A DNA stretch of 64,000 nucleotides from contig CAWGML010000002.1 of NCBI GenBank assembly GCA_963823765.1, positions 92,337 through 156,336 on the forward strand. The letters run 5' to 3'. The stretch comes from Candidatus Dormiibacterota bacterium (GTDB taxonomy: Bacteria > Chloroflexota > Dormibacteria > Aeolococcales > Aeolococcaceae). Shown piece by piece: positions 58,921 to 64,000 of the stretch; within the stretch, counting starts at the first letter, position 1; every line of letters starts with the position of its first letter. The position numbers and the translations under genes were made by a program. The notes below the pieces were generated by a model that was given only the letters and a program-made list of their open reading frames with translations, did not search any database and was not told the origin of the DNA.

Positions 58921-60352
58921 TCAGGTGGGGTCCTCGGGGTCGCCCTGGGACTGCAGCATCGCCGGCGTGACCGGAGTGGTGGTCATCCGCACCGGGGCCC
59001 GCGGCGCGTGCGTGAAGTCGAAGGCCTTCCAGTAGTTGTAGGCGCCGGAATCCCAGGTGGTTCCCGGTGTGATCGGCGGCAGCCCGAACGCGGTCTCGGT
59101 GAAGGCGAGCACCGAGGCGAAGCTGGCCGTGGCGTGGTCCGTGCCACCAGCACGCGCGTACGGGCTGACGATGATCATCGGCACCCTGATGCCCAGCCCC
59201 GCCGGGTGGCGCCACGTGGTCGTAGAAGCAGCCGCAGTCGTCCCACGTGATGAAGATGGCCGTCGACGCCCAGTCGGGACCGTTCTCCACCGCGCTGACC
59301 ACCGAGCCGAGCCAGTTGTCGCCGACGGTCATGGAGTCGCCGTTGTGTTGCGACGCCGTCTGGGTCGGCGTCACCACCGAGAAGTTGGGCAGGTTCCCGG
59401 ACGACGCGTCCGCCGTGAACTGGCTGTTGTCGACCATCTTCGACGGGGATCCATACAGGCACTCGGCGAACGTGGGGCAGATCGCCCATCCGTACCCGGT
59501 GCCGTTGCCGGAGTTGTCGCCCTGGTGGCCGCGGGTGGCGGCGCCGGGCGGGCCGCCGTAGAGCTTCCAGGAGAGTCCCGCGGCGTCGAGGCTGTCCATG
59601 ATCGTCGGGACGTAGGGCACCGGCGTCGACCGGTACGCTCCCCCATGCGGGAGGTCCGACCACCGGTCCGGGACGCAGGCCGGGACGCTGCTCTGCACCC
59701 CCGTCTGCGGGTCCTGCCAGGTGGTGTCGCGTCCCGAGTCACAGCCCCATCCGCTGCTCAGCACGCCCGCGGTACCCGGGATCGGTGTGCCGCTGTCGAC
59801 GAAGCCGTCCTGGGTCGCGGCCACCGCCCCCACGTGCATCCCCCATGAGGACACCGGACCGTCCTCGAACGTCCGATCCGACACGGTGAAGTTGGTGGCG
59901 AGCGCGAGCACGTTGGTGATGGAGGACTCCGCAGGTGTGTACTGCGTGTAGCACTTGTAGGCGTCCGCTTGGCCGCAATGAATGATGCGGGCGAAACCGT
60001 CCATCGCCCCCCCGTCGATGGCGGCAGTCTGTCCCTGCGCCGAGTGAGCGACCTGCACGACCTTGTCCTTGGCCGTGGTCAACGGGATCGACCCCACTCC
60101 TTTGACCACGCCCGTGGTGGCGCCGTCGCACCGACCGGTCTGCACACACCACGCCCCCAGCACGTTGTCGAAGGAGTGGTTCTCCTGGATGACGTACACC
60201 ACGTGCTGAATCCGCGTGGTGAACCCGGGACGCTGCGCCGCCCCGGCGGGCGAGCCGCCGGCGGTCAGCAGCGCCACAGCCGCGGCGGCGCATGCCACCA
60301 CGCCACGTCGAACCGCTCTGCGCGCCGAAGCGCTGTTCCTGCTGCCCCCCAC
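58921..60352 (-). CDS. Phosphoesterase family protein (PF04185), type B paralog 2 (apparent frameshift near 59180)
   Basis: Signal peptide, then IQHVVYVIQENHSFDNVLGAWCVQTGRCDG. The C-terminus continues in frame 58921..59184 (MIIVSPYARAGGTDHATASFASVLAFTE...). Confidence 0.7.
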
Positions 60353-60377
60353 AGGGTTGACTATGTCAGGTGCGGGC

Positions 60378-60415
60378 TGTCACCGGCTCCCGGGCTGCCA
60401 CCCGGGAGCCGGTGA
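60378..60415. terminator. Strong GC-rich hairpin (intrinsic-terminator-like)
   Basis: GTCACCGGCTCCCGGG-ctgcca-CCCGGGAGCCGGTGAC is a perfect 16-bp stem. It lies 8 nt downstream of the stop of 60423..62613 (minus strand) and upstream of the 60352 gene start. Confidence 0.6.
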
Positions 60416-60422
60416 CCAATCG

Positions 60423-64000
<3,578 letters not shown>

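Noticed and set aside
51628-60352. Phosphoesterase paralogs as sulfatases (to fit the sulfation theme)
   Set aside because: They carry the PF04185 phosphoesterase signature (ENHSFDxxxG) and not the sulfatase C/S-x-P-x-R formylglycine motif.

Overview
High-GC (about 70%) window with GC3-biased coding, most likely from an Actinomycetota-type chromosome. Nearly all of it is devoted to cell-envelope glycobiology and secreted proteins. I found no rRNA, tRNA, CRISPR array, transposase or integrase.

Left to right:
(1) A MacB-type ABC exporter (ATPase and FtsX permease) lies divergent from a TPR-GGDEF diguanylate cyclase.
(2) A single-module NRPS (C-A-PCP-TE) follows, then a GT4 glycosyltransferase, an M1-like zinc peptidase and a PAP2 membrane protein.
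(3) Next are small genes: a SnoaL-like protein, an HD-GYP/LuxR regulator, a DUF421 protein and a secreted three-repeat Cys protein.
(4) A minus-strand operon encodes a polyprenol-phosphate sugar synthase (Ppm1/DPM1-like GT2) and three GT-C membrane glycosyltransferases, one of them GT87/DUF2029.
(5) A long minus-strand biosynthetic operon runs from 23.2 to 37.0 kb. It encodes a formyltransferase, a truncated TM-anchored Ser/Thr-kinase-like protein, a Stf0-like sulfotransferase, a 1294-aa polytopic membrane protein with a C-terminal TPR domain, a Wzx-like flippase, a second sulfotransferase, a GT2-GT4 fusion and a GT2-TM-GT4 protein.
(6) A sortase-signal surface protein and a complete MacA-MacB exporter come next, followed by a third sulfotransferase.
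(7) From 42 to 62.6 kb there is an island of secreted proteins with tandem paralogs. It holds five right-handed beta-helix proteins (three with tandem IPT/TIG domains), a PQQ-like beta-propeller, two paralogous secreted proteins of unknown function, four PF04185 PLC/AcpA-type phosphoesterase paralogs arranged as two convergent pairs, and a BNR/sialidase-like protein.
(8) The 3' end of a bifunctional ATP sulfurylase/APS kinase (PAPS synthase) runs off the window end.

The most interesting system-level signal is a probable sulfated-glycoconjugate pathway: three sulfotransferases, a PAPS synthase, glycosyltransferases, a flippase and a giant GT-C-like/TPR protein.

Caveat: at least about 20 well-conserved genes show abrupt frame changes with the protein continuing in another frame. 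This pattern looks like uncorrected indel errors in a high-GC assembly, or alternatively widespread pseudogenisation. Exact coordinates and starts of affected genes are therefore approximate.
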